DNA of 64,000 nt, taken from NCBI GenBank assembly GCA_963816215.1, contig CAWFKB010000005.1:5309-69308 (forward strand), in the 5' to 3' direction. The translations under genes and the position numbers were made by a program. This DNA is from an uncultured Chloroflexia bacterium (lineage in GTDB: Bacteria > Chloroflexota > Limnocylindria > QHBO01). Positions within the stretch are counted from its first letter, which is position 1. Each line of letters starts with the position of its first letter. Positions 54,309-64,000 of this stretch are shown here, piece after piece. The notes under the pieces were generated by a model that was not told the DNA's origin, searched no databases, and saw only the letters and a program-made list of their open reading frames with translations.

Positions 54309-55624
54309 GCCGCCGCCGCTCCGTCCTCATCGGTCGCACGGTCGACCTCGTCGTCGTCATCGGCCGGCACGTAGGTGAGGACGAGTCGGTTGTCCGCACC
54401 CGCCTGCGCGCCCACGGCCCCGCGGATGTGGTCGGCGCTCACCGCGTCATAGCGCGCGATCTCGGTGTTGATCTGGTTCGGGTCGTCGAAGAGGCACGCG
54501 TACTGGCTGATCCGGTCGGCTCGCTCGCCCAGCTGCTCCAGGCCCACCTCCACGGCCGCGGCGTGCATGGTCCGCACCCGGGCCAGCTCGTCGTCGGCGG
54601 GGCCATCGGTCGCCAGCCGGCCGATCTCTTCGAGCAGGCGCGCTTCCAACGCCTCGATCTCGACCTCGGGCCGGGCGGTGGCGTAGCAGGCGATGGCGGT
54701 CGAGCCGCCGACCCACGGGAACACGAAGGCCCCGATGTCCGCGGCCAGCTGCTCCTCGCGGACGAGGGTCCGATACAGGCGGCTCGCACGACCCGTGCCC
54801 AGCAGGTCGCTGACCACGTCGAAGGCCTGGTGTCCATCGGTCCCGAAGGGGGGAATCCGGTACGCGACGTGGACCCGGGGCAGCTCGACCTGGTCGGTCA
54901 CCGTCTCGCGGATCTCGCCGCCCAGGCTGTCCGGAACCTCCCCCGAGGGCGTTGGCGGCCGAACCGGGTTGGCGGGGATGGGTCCGAAGTGGCGCTCGAT
55001 GGCCGCCAGCGCGGCATCCCGATCGATGTCGCCGGCCACGGTCAGGACCGCGTTGTTGGGGGCGTAGTAGGTCGCAAAGAAGCGGCTCACGTCCTCCATC
55101 GACGCGGCGGACAGATCTTCCATCGACCCGATCGTCGAGTGGTGGTACGGATGCCCTTCCGGCCACAGGAGGGCCTGGAGGCGCTCCTCCCAGGTCCCGT
55201 AGGGCTGGTTGTCGACCGACACCCGCCGCTCGTTCTTCACCACGTCGCGCTGGTTGTCGAGCTTTTCCTGGGTCATGGCCGGCAGGAGGCTGGCCATGCG
55301 GTCCGCTTCGAGCCACAGCACCAGCTCGAGCTCGTGGCTGGGCACGGTGTCGAAGTAGTTGGTCCGATCGTTCCAGGTCGACGCGTTCAGGGTGCCGCCC
55401 GCGGCCTGGATCTGGGCGAAGTGCTCACCCTTGGCCACGTTGGCGCTGCCCTGGAACATCATGTGCTCGAACAGGTGCGCGAAGCCGGTCTTGCCCTGCT
55501 CCTCGTTCCGGCTCCCCACGTCGTACCACAGGTTGACGGCCACGATCGGGGTGCGGTCGTCGGGGGACAGGATCACCCGCAGGCCGTTGTCCAGCTGATG
55601 ACGTTCGATGGGAACGTGGGCCAC
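54305..55624 (-). CDS. M16 family zinc peptidase (catalytic subunit)
   Basis: HLFEHMMFQGS inverted zincin motif (HxxEH) followed by the insulinase fold. Confidence 0.85.
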   Translation of the reverse strand: MAHVPIERHQLDNGLRVILSPDDRTPIVAVNLWYDVGSRNEEQGKTGFAHLFEHMMFQGSANVAKGEHFAQIQAAGGTLNASTWNDRTNYFDTVPSHELELVLWLEADRMASLLPAMTQEKLDNQRDVVKNERRVSVDNQPYGTWEERLQALLWPEGHPYHHSTIGSMEDLSAASMEDVSRFFATYYAPNNAVLTVAGDIDRDAALAAIERHFGPIPANPVRPPTPSGEVPDSLGGEIRETVTDQVELPRVHVAYRIPPFGTDGHQAFDVVSDLLGTGRASRLYRTLVREEQLAADIGAFVFPWVGGSTAIACYATARPEVEIEALEARLLEEIGRLATDGPADDELARVRTMHAAAVEVGLEQLGERADRISQYACLFDDPNQINTEIARYDAVSADHIRGAVGAQAGADNRLVLTYVPADDDDEVDRATDEDGAAAA

Positions 55625-55704
55625 GGGTTCCTCGCGAGTCGGGGGACTGACGGGCCTACGGGAGCCCGCGATAGGCGACGAGTTGATTCGGTGTGGGCGA
55701 TGAC

Positions 55705-55779
55705 TGGTGAGCGCCCAGGGATTCGAACCCTGAACCTAGTGATTAAGAGTCACTTGCTCTGCCGTTGAGCTAGGCGCCC
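55705..55779 (-). tRNA. tRNA-Lys (anticodon CTT), encoded CCA
   Basis: The reverse complement reads GGGCGCC-TA-GCTC-AACGGCA-GAGC-A-AGTGA-CTCTTAA-TCACT-AGGTT-CAGGG-TTCGAAT-CCCTG-GGCGCTC-A-CCA. Confidence 0.85.
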
Positions 55780-55814
55780 ATCGGATGATGCCCGACCCGA
55801 GGCGCGGCCCGCAA

Positions 55815-56459
55815 CTACTGGGCCGGCGGCCCTGGTCCGCCCGCCGGCTCCGGCGACTGGCCGTAATGCTGGTCGATGAACGTGTCCATCAGCTCGGTGT
55901 CGACCGTGTCCAGGTCCAGCAACCAGGTCCAGGCCACCATGGCCAGGGGGTGGCCGAAGTCTTCGCCGCCCCACGGGGCAAGTAGAACCTTGTATCGCTC
56001 GCTCGCGTTCCATCGCTTGGTGTAGGTCGTGAGCGCCGTCACGTCCTCGGCGCTGACCTGGTCGGCCTGGTACCAGATCACGATCCCGCCGTGCTCGAGG
56101 TTGTGGATCGCCGGCTCTTGGGGGATGGCCTGGGTGTAGACACCCCATTCGATCGGTTGCGGCCAGTGCGGCCCCGATGCGGCCGGCACCGACGAGTACG
56201 GCCCACCAGCCGTTCCCTGCTCGATGTGGGTCCGCCCGTCCATGGCTTCCGGCGTGCCGACCACGCCGGCCGCCCCCGGCGAGAGGAGCGCCAGGGCCGC
56301 GATGGTGGTCAGACCGATGATGATCAACAGCCCGACACCGATGATCGCCAGGGTGGTCCCGCTCAGCCGGCTCGCGCCGCTCGTCGTCGCCTTGCGTTGC
56401 ATGGCCGCGTCCGTGGCACGGGCGCGGCGCTGCGGGGCTGAAGTCTTCCTGCCAGTCAT
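55815..56459 (-). CDS. DUF3105 domain membrane-anchored protein
   Basis: N-terminal TM helix, then HNLEHGGIVIWY and downstream conserved His residues typical of DUF3105. Confidence 0.6.
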   Translation of the reverse strand: MTGRKTSAPQRRARATDAAMQRKATTSGASRLSGTTLAIIGVGLLIIIGLTTIAALALLSPGAAGVVGTPEAMDGRTHIEQGTAGGPYSSVPAASGPHWPQPIEWGVYTQAIPQEPAIHNLEHGGIVIWYQADQVSAEDVTALTTYTKRWNASERYKVLLAPWGGEDFGHPLAMVAWTWLLDLDTVDTELMDTFIDQHYGQSPEPAGGPGPPAQ

Positions 56460-56512
56460 CGGCGCGACAGGATAGCCGAGGTCGCCCGAACGGTCCCCGG
56501 CGGGGAATTAGG

Positions 56513-56944
56513 GTGCCGTTGTTAGAATCGGCAGGCGTGACGGCCCAGGAACCCACACCTACCGGACTTCGAGGTCAGATCGGCCTGCTCCTCGAGCAGG
56601 TCATCGAGCTCGCGCGCCTGTACGCGTCCGCCGCGCGCCAGGAGGTCGAGGCCGGCCTCAACGAGCTGAAGATCGGTGCCGCCTTCCTCGGCATCGCGGT
56701 GGCGTTCGTGGCCGTCGCCTTCATGGTGCTCGTCCTGCTCCTCGTGTCGGCCATCAGCGCGGCCACCGGTCTGGCCCTGTGGGTCACCGCGCTGTTCGTG
56801 CTTGCCGTCGTGCTCTTGCTCGCCGCCCTATTCGGATGGCTCGCGTATCGCCGATTCACGAAAGCGCGCCTCATCCCCGAGGAAACCATCGCCGCAGCCC
56901 AGGAGGATCTCGAGTGGGCGCAACACTGGACGAGACGCGGGTAG
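56513..56944 (+). CDS. Putative actinobacterial holin-X (holin superfamily III-like) membrane protein
   Basis: 143 aa. Amphipathic N-terminus plus two TM helices. Typically paired with DUF3618, as it is here. Confidence 0.5.
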   Translation: MPLLESAGVTAQEPTPTGLRGQIGLLLEQVIELARLYASAARQEVEAGLNELKIGAAFLGIAVAFVAVAFMVLVLLLVSAISAATGLALWVTALFVLAVVLLLAALFGWLAYRRFTKARLIPEETIAAAQEDLEWAQHWTRRG

Positions 56945-57681
56945 AGCTGGAGGCCCAGCGGGCGCGCGTGCGCGCGACCGCCGATGACCTCCAGACCACG
57001 GCCCGCCGATCCCTCGACCTCCGCGAGCTGGTCGGCCGCCATCCGGCGCGAACGGCGGCGATGGTCGGTGGTCTGGCCTTCATTCTCATCGGCGGCCCGC
57101 GGCGGACGCTGCGCGCCCTGCGCCAGACCGTCGCTGGTTCAGCCGACGCCGAGCGCGCCTACGCGTCCCTGCCCGCCACCCTGCGCGCCTTCGTGGACGA
57201 CGTCGCACCACACGGCTCGGATCGTGATCAAGCGCGCGGCGCCATGGCGCTGGCGCTCCACGCCTGGCGCGAGGACCCGAAGAACCGAAAGAAGGCCGAC
57301 CGCCTGGTCAGTGAGGCGCTCACCCCGCCTGGGCCGCGGCGCGTGTTCTGGGAGTTCACCGAAGCCGTTGCGGTGGCGGCCGCAGCGCTGGTGGCGCGCC
57401 AGATCATGGCCAGGGCGCTTGTGGCCGGGACCGGAGGCAACAAGAAGGGCGCCGCGGACTCATCGCCGGCGACTTCGCAGGCGTCGGCTGATGCGGCAAG
57501 TACGAAGCCCGCACCAACGACGAAGCCGGCCTTCTACGCCGGCTGGTCGGGCCGTCGCCCCAGCACTGCCGGTCCGGGTGAGGCCGCCGCCGCGGGATCG
57601 GCATCCGACTCGGGAAGCAAACCGGCCTCGGGAACCAACCCCGCCTCGGCAGCCGGCTCGAAGGGAAGCCCCACTTCCTGA
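56914..57681 (+). CDS. DUF3618 domain protein with Ala/Ser/Pro-rich tail
   Basis: GTG start gives VGATLDETRVELEAQRARVRATADDLQTTARRSLDLRELVGRHP (DUF3618-like helix), then a TM segment (MVGGLAFILIGGP), then a low-complexity tail. Confidence 0.5.
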   Translation: MGATLDETRVELEAQRARVRATADDLQTTARRSLDLRELVGRHPARTAAMVGGLAFILIGGPRRTLRALRQTVAGSADAERAYASLPATLRAFVDDVAPHGSDRDQARGAMALALHAWREDPKNRKKADRLVSEALTPPGPRRVFWEFTEAVAVAAAALVARQIMARALVAGTGGNKKGAADSSPATSQASADAASTKPAPTTKPAFYAGWSGRRPSTAGPGEAAAAGSASDSGSKPASGTNPASAAGSKGSPTS

Positions 57682-57731
57682 GCCCCCAAACCGGTTTGCT
57701 AGACTCCCCGGGCCGCCGAGGACCCTGATCC

Positions 57732-57815
57732 GGGCGAGTGGCGGAACGGCAGACGCGCCAGCTTTAGGAGCTGGTGTCGCAAGACGTGCGAGTTCGAATC
57801 TCGCCTCGCCCACCA
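57732..57815 (+). tRNA. tRNA-Leu (anticodon TAG), class II long variable arm, encoded CCA
   Basis: Acceptor GGGCGAG/CTCGCCC, anticodon stem CCAGC/GCTGG with loop TTTAGGA, T arm GCGAG-TTCGAAT-CTCGC. Confidence 0.85.
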
Positions 57816-57864
57816 CTGCATCGGAGGCAATCGTGCGGAGCCAACTGCCGGTGATCGCGGTCGA

Positions 57865-59244
57865 ATGACGACGGTCACCAGCCAACCGGAGCCCGGCTCG
57901 AGGGTCCGATTCGAGATCGAGGTCCCGGCCGACGAGGTCGCTCGTCATTTCGACACGGCCTTTCTTCACCTCGCCGCGCGAACCCGCGTCCCCGGGTTCC
58001 GGCCCGGCAAGGCGCCGCGCCCGGTCATCGAGCGGTTCGTGGGGCCCGAGGCCGTCCTGGCGGAGGCGGTCGATCACCTCGTCGAGGCCGGCTACGACGC
58101 CGCGCTGGACCAGAGCGATGTCATCCCCATCGACCAGCCGCAGGTCGAGATCGACACCACGACGGTCCGTCAGGGTGAAGCGGCACGGTTCACGGCCATC
58201 GTCGCGGTCCGTCCGACCGTCTCATTGGGCGCCTACACCGACTACCCGTTCACGCTCGAGGTTCCGTTGGTGAACGACGAGGACGTCGAGTCGGTCATCA
58301 ACGAGCTGCGCGGGGAGCAGGGGACGCTGCGACCAGTCGATGGGCGCGGTGCCGAGAAGGGGGACCTGGTGGCGGTCTCGTTCCAGGGCACGATCGACGG
58401 CGAGCCGTTCGACGGGGGCTCGGCCGAGCGGCTGCCGCTGGTACTTGGCGAGGATCGGATGATCCCCGGCTGGGAGGACCACCTCGTCGGCCAGGCCATC
58501 GACGAGACCAGGGACTTCGACCTTCCCTTTCCTGATGACTATCGAGTCGACGAGCTGGCCGGCAGGCAGGCCCACTTCAGCGTGACCCTGATCGACATGC
58601 GCGAACGGATCCTGCCCGACCTGGACGACGCCTTCGCGGCATCGGTGTCCGAGGGGCAGACCCTCGAGCAGCTGCGGGCCGAGGTCCGCGACGCGCTGGA
58701 GCAGCGGGCGGGCGCCGAGGCGCGCCACCAGTTCGGCGATCGGATCATCGACTTCGCGACGTCCAACGCATCGGTCGAGCTGCCCGAGGTCATGATCGCC
58801 AACGAGGTCGAGATCATGCGCGACGAGCTCCGGGCCCGACTGGCGGAACAGCGGATCGGGATCGACCAGTACCTCGAGATCGCCCGTCAAACGCCCGACG
58901 AGCTCATGAACGAGCTGCGCGAGCCCGCCAGCCAGCGGGTGAAGACGCTCCTGGTCCTCTCGGCCATCGCCGAGCAGGAGGGGATTGATGCCACCGATGA
59001 GCAGATCGCCGACGAGGTCGCGCGCCAGCTGGAGCGGTATCCGGACGAGCCGCGCCTGAGCGAATACCTCGCTTCCCGCCGTGGCCGGTCGTACCTGCGG
59101 ATGACGCTCCGGAACCGTACACTCGTGGACAGCCTCATCGAGCGGGCCGTCCCCTCGGTCGCGCCGGCAGAACCGGCCCCCGAGCCCGAGTCGGCGCCCG
59201 CGGAACCAGCCACCGAACCCCAGCCCGCAGCAGATCCGGAGTGA
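57865..59244 (+). CDS. tig: Trigger factor
   Basis: 459 aa. PPIase core region ([20 protein letters not shown]) and position upstream of clpP-clpX. Confidence 0.9.
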   Translation: MTTVTSQPEPGSRVRFEIEVPADEVARHFDTAFLHLAARTRVPGFRPGKAPRPVIERFVGPEAVLAEAVDHLVEAGYDAALDQSDVIPIDQPQVEIDTTTVRQGEAARFTAIVAVRPTVSLGAYTDYPFTLEVPLVNDEDVESVINELRGEQGTLRPVDGRGAEKGDLVAVSFQGTIDGEPFDGGSAERLPLVLGEDRMIPGWEDHLVGQAIDETRDFDLPFPDDYRVDELAGRQAHFSVTLIDMRERILPDLDDAFAASVSEGQTLEQLRAEVRDALEQRAGAEARHQFGDRIIDFATSNASVELPEVMIANEVEIMRDELRARLAEQRIGIDQYLEIARQTPDELMNELREPASQRVKTLLVLSAIAEQEGIDATDEQIADEVARQLERYPDEPRLSEYLASRRGRSYLRMTLRNRTLVDSLIERAVPSVAPAEPAPEPESAPAEPATEPQPAADPE

Positions 59245-59876
59245 ACACCATGCTCGTCCCGATGGTCATTGAAAGCAGCGCCCGGGGAGAGCGCGCATTC
59301 GACATCTACTCGCGGCTCCTCAAGGAGCGGATCATCTTCCTGGGGGAGCCCATCGAGGACCACGTCGCCAACCTGGTCATCGCCCAGCTCCTGTTCCTCG
59401 AGAGCGAGGATCCCGAGAAGGACATCTCGCTGTACATCAACACGCCGGGTGGCGTGGTCACCAGCGGCCTGGCCATCTACGACACGATGCAGTACCTGAA
59501 GGCCCCGGTGAGCACCATCTGCATCGGTCAGGCGGCCAGCATGGGGGCCGTCCTGCTGGCGGCCGGGGCCAAGGGCAAGCGCTTCGCCCTCGCCAACTCG
59601 CGGGTCATGATCCACCAGGGTTCGGGCGGGTTCCGGGGCAACACCCCTGACGTCGAGATCCAGGTCAAGGAGATGCTGGCCCTCACCGACCGGCTGATCG
59701 ACATCCTCGCCATGCACACGGGGCAGGACCGGGACAAGGTCAAGAAGGACTCGGACCGCGACTACTTCATGGGCGCCGAGGAAGCGAAGGCCTACGGCAT
59801 CGTGGACGAGGTCTTCTCGCGCGGCGGGGAGTCGCCCATCGGCAAGCACGACGAGGACGGGAAGCCCAAGAAGTAG
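59241..59876 (+). CDS. clpP: ATP-dependent Clp protease proteolytic subunit
   Basis: Catalytic triad context GQAASMGA (Ser), HQ (His), D. Canonical IYDTMQY. Confidence 0.9.
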   Translation: MNTMLVPMVIESSARGERAFDIYSRLLKERIIFLGEPIEDHVANLVIAQLLFLESEDPEKDISLYINTPGGVVTSGLAIYDTMQYLKAPVSTICIGQAASMGAVLLAAGAKGKRFALANSRVMIHQGSGGFRGNTPDVEIQVKEMLALTDRLIDILAMHTGQDRDKVKKDSDRDYFMGAEEAKAYGIVDEVFSRGGESPIGKHDEDGKPKK

Positions 59877-59963
59877 CCAGTCGCCCTGCCGGGCGTCCCG
59901 GGGCGGGCAGTCCCATCGGTCCATGGCTGACCGCGCACGGGTGCGTGCTATCCTCGAAATCGG

Positions 59964-61265
<1,302 letters not shown>

Positions 61266-61424
61266 GCGATAGCCCCGACGGTGGTACCACCGTTCGGCGG
61301 GCACGGTACGACCGGGCAGGCGGGTTTGGTGGGGAACGGGGTCTAGGATGGCATCTGGCGCTGGTCCGTCACCCAGGGCCGGACCGCTTTCGCGGCCGAA
61401 CGGGTCCCCGATCATGCATCGGGA

Positions 61425-62492
61425 GTGGGAGAGCAAACGAGCAAGACCACGATGGTTGATTCTTCCGATTCCGAACGAACGTCCGCTGCCGCCCTCGATC
61501 CGGGGAACGGCGCGGAACCGTCGGATCAGTTCCTCAACTCGCTGACCTCGGCCATGCGCCGCGTCGCCGACGACGCGCGCGAGACGAGCCTGGCCGACGC
61601 TCGGGGCGCGGTGGCCTCCAAGATCGCCGCCATGCGAACCAGCGCCGGCGCCCGCGCCGAGGAGCTGCGGACCCGTGCCGAGCAGGACGTGACCGGCATC
61701 GGTGACTGGTCGCGTGCCGAGATCGTTCGGATCGAGGCCGAGACCCAGCGCAAGATCGAGCAGCGGCGCGCGCAGCTCGCCGAACAGCTCGAGGAGCACG
61801 ATCGCCGCTCGGCCGAGGAGATCGCCGGTTTGGAAGCGCAGGTCGAGCAGTACGAACGCGAGCTGGCCCTCTTCTTCTCCCAGCTGGGCGAGATCAGCGA
61901 CCCCGACACCTTCATCGCCGCCGCCCGTCGCATGCCGCGCCTGCCGCAGGTCAATGGCGAGGAGCCCGCGGCGTCAGCGCAGGCTTCCTCGGCGCCGGCG
62001 CCCGCGGATGAATCCCCGATCAGTGGGCACGCGGAGAGCCTGCGTACCCTGGGCATCGAGCGCAACGGCGACACGGACATGGCCGAGACCGACGCGCCGA
62101 CCAATGGTGTGTACGCGGAGTCCGAGCCCGAAACCGCCGACACTACTGTCCCGGCCCCGCCTGCCCTCGCTCCGGCCGTGGCCGCGTCTGATGAGTTTGC
62201 GCCCGCCGCCCCAGCGGCTGCCGCGATGGGCGACGACACGGTGACCACGACCGTCGCCGCGGTGGGCCTGGGCAGCTTCGGCGCAGTGACCTCCTTCAAG
62301 TCCGCGCTCGAGAAGGCCGATGGCGTGGCCGGCGTCCGGCTGAGCCTGGGATCGGGCGGCGAGTTCGTCTACACCGTCATGCACGCCCCGACCCTGGACC
62401 TCGCCGCGGTGGCCACCGCGGCGCAGCCGGGCGCGTCCGTCCAGCGCGACGACGACGGCGTCCTGCACCTGAGCGCCGGCAAGCGTCGCTGA
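61425..62492 (+). CDS. Hypothetical coiled-coil protein with Ala/Pro-rich linker and small C-terminal domain
   Basis: Charged heptad-like central region (AEELRTRAEQDV...EQRRAQLAEQLEEHDRRSAEEIAGLEAQVEQYERELA). Conserved-looking C-terminus VAAVGLGSFGAVTSFKSALEKADGVAGVRL. No family assignable by eye. Confidence 0.45.
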   Translation: MGEQTSKTTMVDSSDSERTSAAALDPGNGAEPSDQFLNSLTSAMRRVADDARETSLADARGAVASKIAAMRTSAGARAEELRTRAEQDVTGIGDWSRAEIVRIEAETQRKIEQRRAQLAEQLEEHDRRSAEEIAGLEAQVEQYERELALFFSQLGEISDPDTFIAAARRMPRLPQVNGEEPAASAQASSAPAPADESPISGHAESLRTLGIERNGDTDMAETDAPTNGVYAESEPETADTTVPAPPALAPAVAASDEFAPAAPAAAAMGDDTVTTTVAAVGLGSFGAVTSFKSALEKADGVAGVRLSLGSGGEFVYTVMHAPTLDLAAVATAAQPGASVQRDDDGVLHLSAGKRR

Positions 62493-62499
62493 TCCCTTT

Positions 62500-62726
62500 G
62501 GTAGACTCCTCGCACGGCACTGACCGTGAGGAGTAGCCTCCCACGGCCGACAGAGACAGCGGGCCACGGCTGAGAGCCCGCTTCGGCAGGCAGAGGTGAA
62601 CGTCGCACGAGAGCCGACCGGGATCCGCCCGATAGCGCGGGACTGAGGGCGTCGCCGATGAGGCGGCGTCGAACGAAGGTGGTACCACGGGGCCCGCTCG
62701 TCCTTCGACGAGCGGGCGTTGTTGTG
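62500..62726 (+). promoter_or_regulatory. T-box-like riboswitch leader with terminator, upstream of valS
   Basis: Stem I-like hairpin CTCCTCGCACGG/CCGTGAGGAG (62507..62534). T-box motif GGTGGTACCACGG (62678..62690; consensus GGUGGNACCGCGG). An 11-bp terminator GCCCGCTCGTC-CTTC-GACGAGCGGGC followed by GTTGTTGTG. Then a GGAGGA SD and the valS ATG. Confidence 0.5.
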
Positions 62727-62740
62727 CATGGAGGAATGTC

Positions 62741-64000
62741 ATGGCAGGCGAACCAGCCGGGCTGCCGCCGCGCTACGTCGCCGGGGACGTCGAGTCCCGC
62801 GTGTACGAGCGCTGGTTGGCCAGTGGTGCATTCACGCCTGCCGCGGAACCGCCCGACGGGGCCGAGCGGTTCGTGATCACCATGCCGCCGCCCAACGTCA
62901 CCGGCTCGCTGCACACCGGCCACGCCCTGTTCGTCACGGCGCAGGACGTCCTCATCCGGTACCACCGCATGCGCGGCGATGACACGCTGTGGGTCCCCGG
63001 GGTGGACCACGCGTCCATCGCCGCCCAGTTCGTCCTGGACAAGATCATCGCCGCGGAGGGGGAGAGTCGCGAGAGCCTTGGCCGTGAGGCGTACCTGGAG
63101 CGGATGTGGCGCTTCATGGACGAAACCCGCGAGGCCATCTCGCTCCAGCTCCGTCGGCTCGGAGCCAGTGCCGACTGGTCACGGAATCGGTTCACCATGG
63201 ACGCGGGCAGCGCGCGGGCGGTCCGGGTCGCGTTCAAACGGCTGTGGGACGCGGGGCTGGTGTATCGCGGCGAGGCGATGGTCAACTGGTGCCCGCGCTG
63301 CCGGACCACGATCAGCGACCTCGAGAACGTCCACCGCGACCAGACCGGCACGCTATGGACCATGCGCTACCACTTGGCCGGGCTGGACGGGGCGGCCATC
63401 GCGGACCAGTGGATCTCGGTTGCCACCACCCGCCCCGAGACGTTGCTCGGCGACGTGGCGGTGGCGGTCCATCCGGACGACGATCGGTATCGGGCGCTCG
63501 TCGGCCGCGAGGCCATCCTCCCGTTCCTCGGGCGGCGGCTGCCGATCATCGCCGACGCCGCGGTGGACCCCGCCTTTGGCACCGGAGCCGTGAAGATCAC
63601 CCCGGCCCACGACCCGGACGACTACCAGATGAGCCGTCGCCGCAACTTGCCCGCCATCAACGTCCTCGACGAGGAGGCCCGCATCAACGAGGCGGGCGGC
63701 GAGTTCGCCGGCCTGGATCGGTTCGATGCCCGCACCGCCATCGTGGCCCGCCTGAAGGACGTGGGCGACCTGGAGGGCGAGGCCGCGCACCAGATGGTGG
63801 TCGGCACCTGCGACCGGTGCGGGACGATCATCGAGCCACGCCTCTCGATCCAGTGGTTCATCCGGACCGAGACTCTCGCGGCCCGGGCCCTGGCATCGGT
63901 TCGCGAAGGGCGAACCACCATCCTGCCGCCGCGCTTCGAGAAGGTGTACGCCCACTGGATGGAGAACATCCGCGACTGGGCGGTGGGGCGTCAGCTGTGG
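62741..64000 (+). CDS. valS: Valyl-tRNA synthetase, N-terminal part (continues beyond window)
   Basis: MAGEPAGLPPRYVAGDVESRVYERWL...PPPNVTGSLHTGHA (HIGH motif), CP1 editing-domain onset, zinc knuckle CPRCRT. Not in the ORF track because no stop is reached. Confidence 0.9.
   Translation, partial: MAGEPAGLPPRYVAGDVESRVYERWLASGAFTPAAEPPDGAERFVITMPPPNVTGSLHTGHALFVTAQDVLIRYHRMRGDDTLWVPGVDHASIAAQFVLDKIIAAEGESRESLGREAYLERMWRFMDETREAISLQLRRLGASADWSRNRFTMDAGSARAVRVAFKRLWDAGLVYRGEAMVNWCPRCRTTISDLENVHRDQTGTLWTMRYHLAGLDGAAIADQWISVATTRPETLLGDVAVAVHPDDDRYRALVGREAILPFLGRRLPIIADAAVDPAFGTGAVKITPAHDPDDYQMSRRRNLPAINVLDEEARINEAGGEFAGLDRFDARTAIVARLKDVGDLEGEAAHQMVVGTCDRCGTIIEPRLSIQWFIRTETLAARALASVREGRTTILPPRFEKVYAHWMENIRDWAVGRQLW

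Noticed and set aside
51582-54399. 930-aa plus-strand and 905-aa minus-strand ORFs spanning the J-domain and M16 region
   Set aside because: GC-frame artefacts. Real genes here are the J-domain protein (+, 51784..52950) and the M16 peptidases (-), which carry an HxxEH motif.

Overview
The window is a 64 kb chromosomal segment with about 70% GC, in the style of an actinobacterial genome. The long antisense ORFs in the six-frame track are GC-driven artefacts. Real genes are compact and often translationally coupled (ATGA or TGATG overlaps). The window contains, left to right:

- a truncated NUDIX gene
- two ABC transporter modules (an ABC-2 exporter, and a MacB/FtsX type followed by a PPC/DUF296 protein)
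- tRNA-His
- an RDD membrane protein
- a secreted CAP-domain protein with a perfect 30-codon poly-Gly repeat
- a tRNA-Arg(TCG) locus preceded by two truncated copies of its promoter, leader and 5' half, which delimit two small cargo islets (an Asp-box lipoprotein, and an ECF sigma factor with a TolB-propeller anti-sigma factor)
- an APC permease, a GH13 glucosidase and an MFS transporter
- a small-ORF/DUF2089/DUF4097/SHOCT-like envelope-stress-type operon with an AT-rich operator
- aceE, plsY-pgsA, and a second ABC-2 exporter
- a soxA-G-B-D sarcosine oxidase operon followed by a frameshifted FAD oxidoreductase
- two MBL hydrolases, and lipA-dinB-lipB
- an AlkD-like repair gene
- a GGDEF(degenerate)/HD-GYP sensor
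- a lpd-E1alpha-E1beta-E2 2-oxoacid dehydrogenase operon with a thioesterase
- a cyanophycin locus (cphB-cphA) joined to a paralogous CphA-like protein lacking the ATP-grasp domain and a divergent M20 peptidase
- a J-domain protein, two M16 peptidases, tRNA-Lys, DUF3105, and a holin-X/DUF3618 pair
- tRNA-Leu with tig-clpP-clpX
- a T-box-like leader in front of valS, which runs off the window edge.

I found no CRISPR array, transposase or integrase. The two most unusual structures are the tRNA-Arg 5'-half repeat array and the atypical cyanophycin locus.
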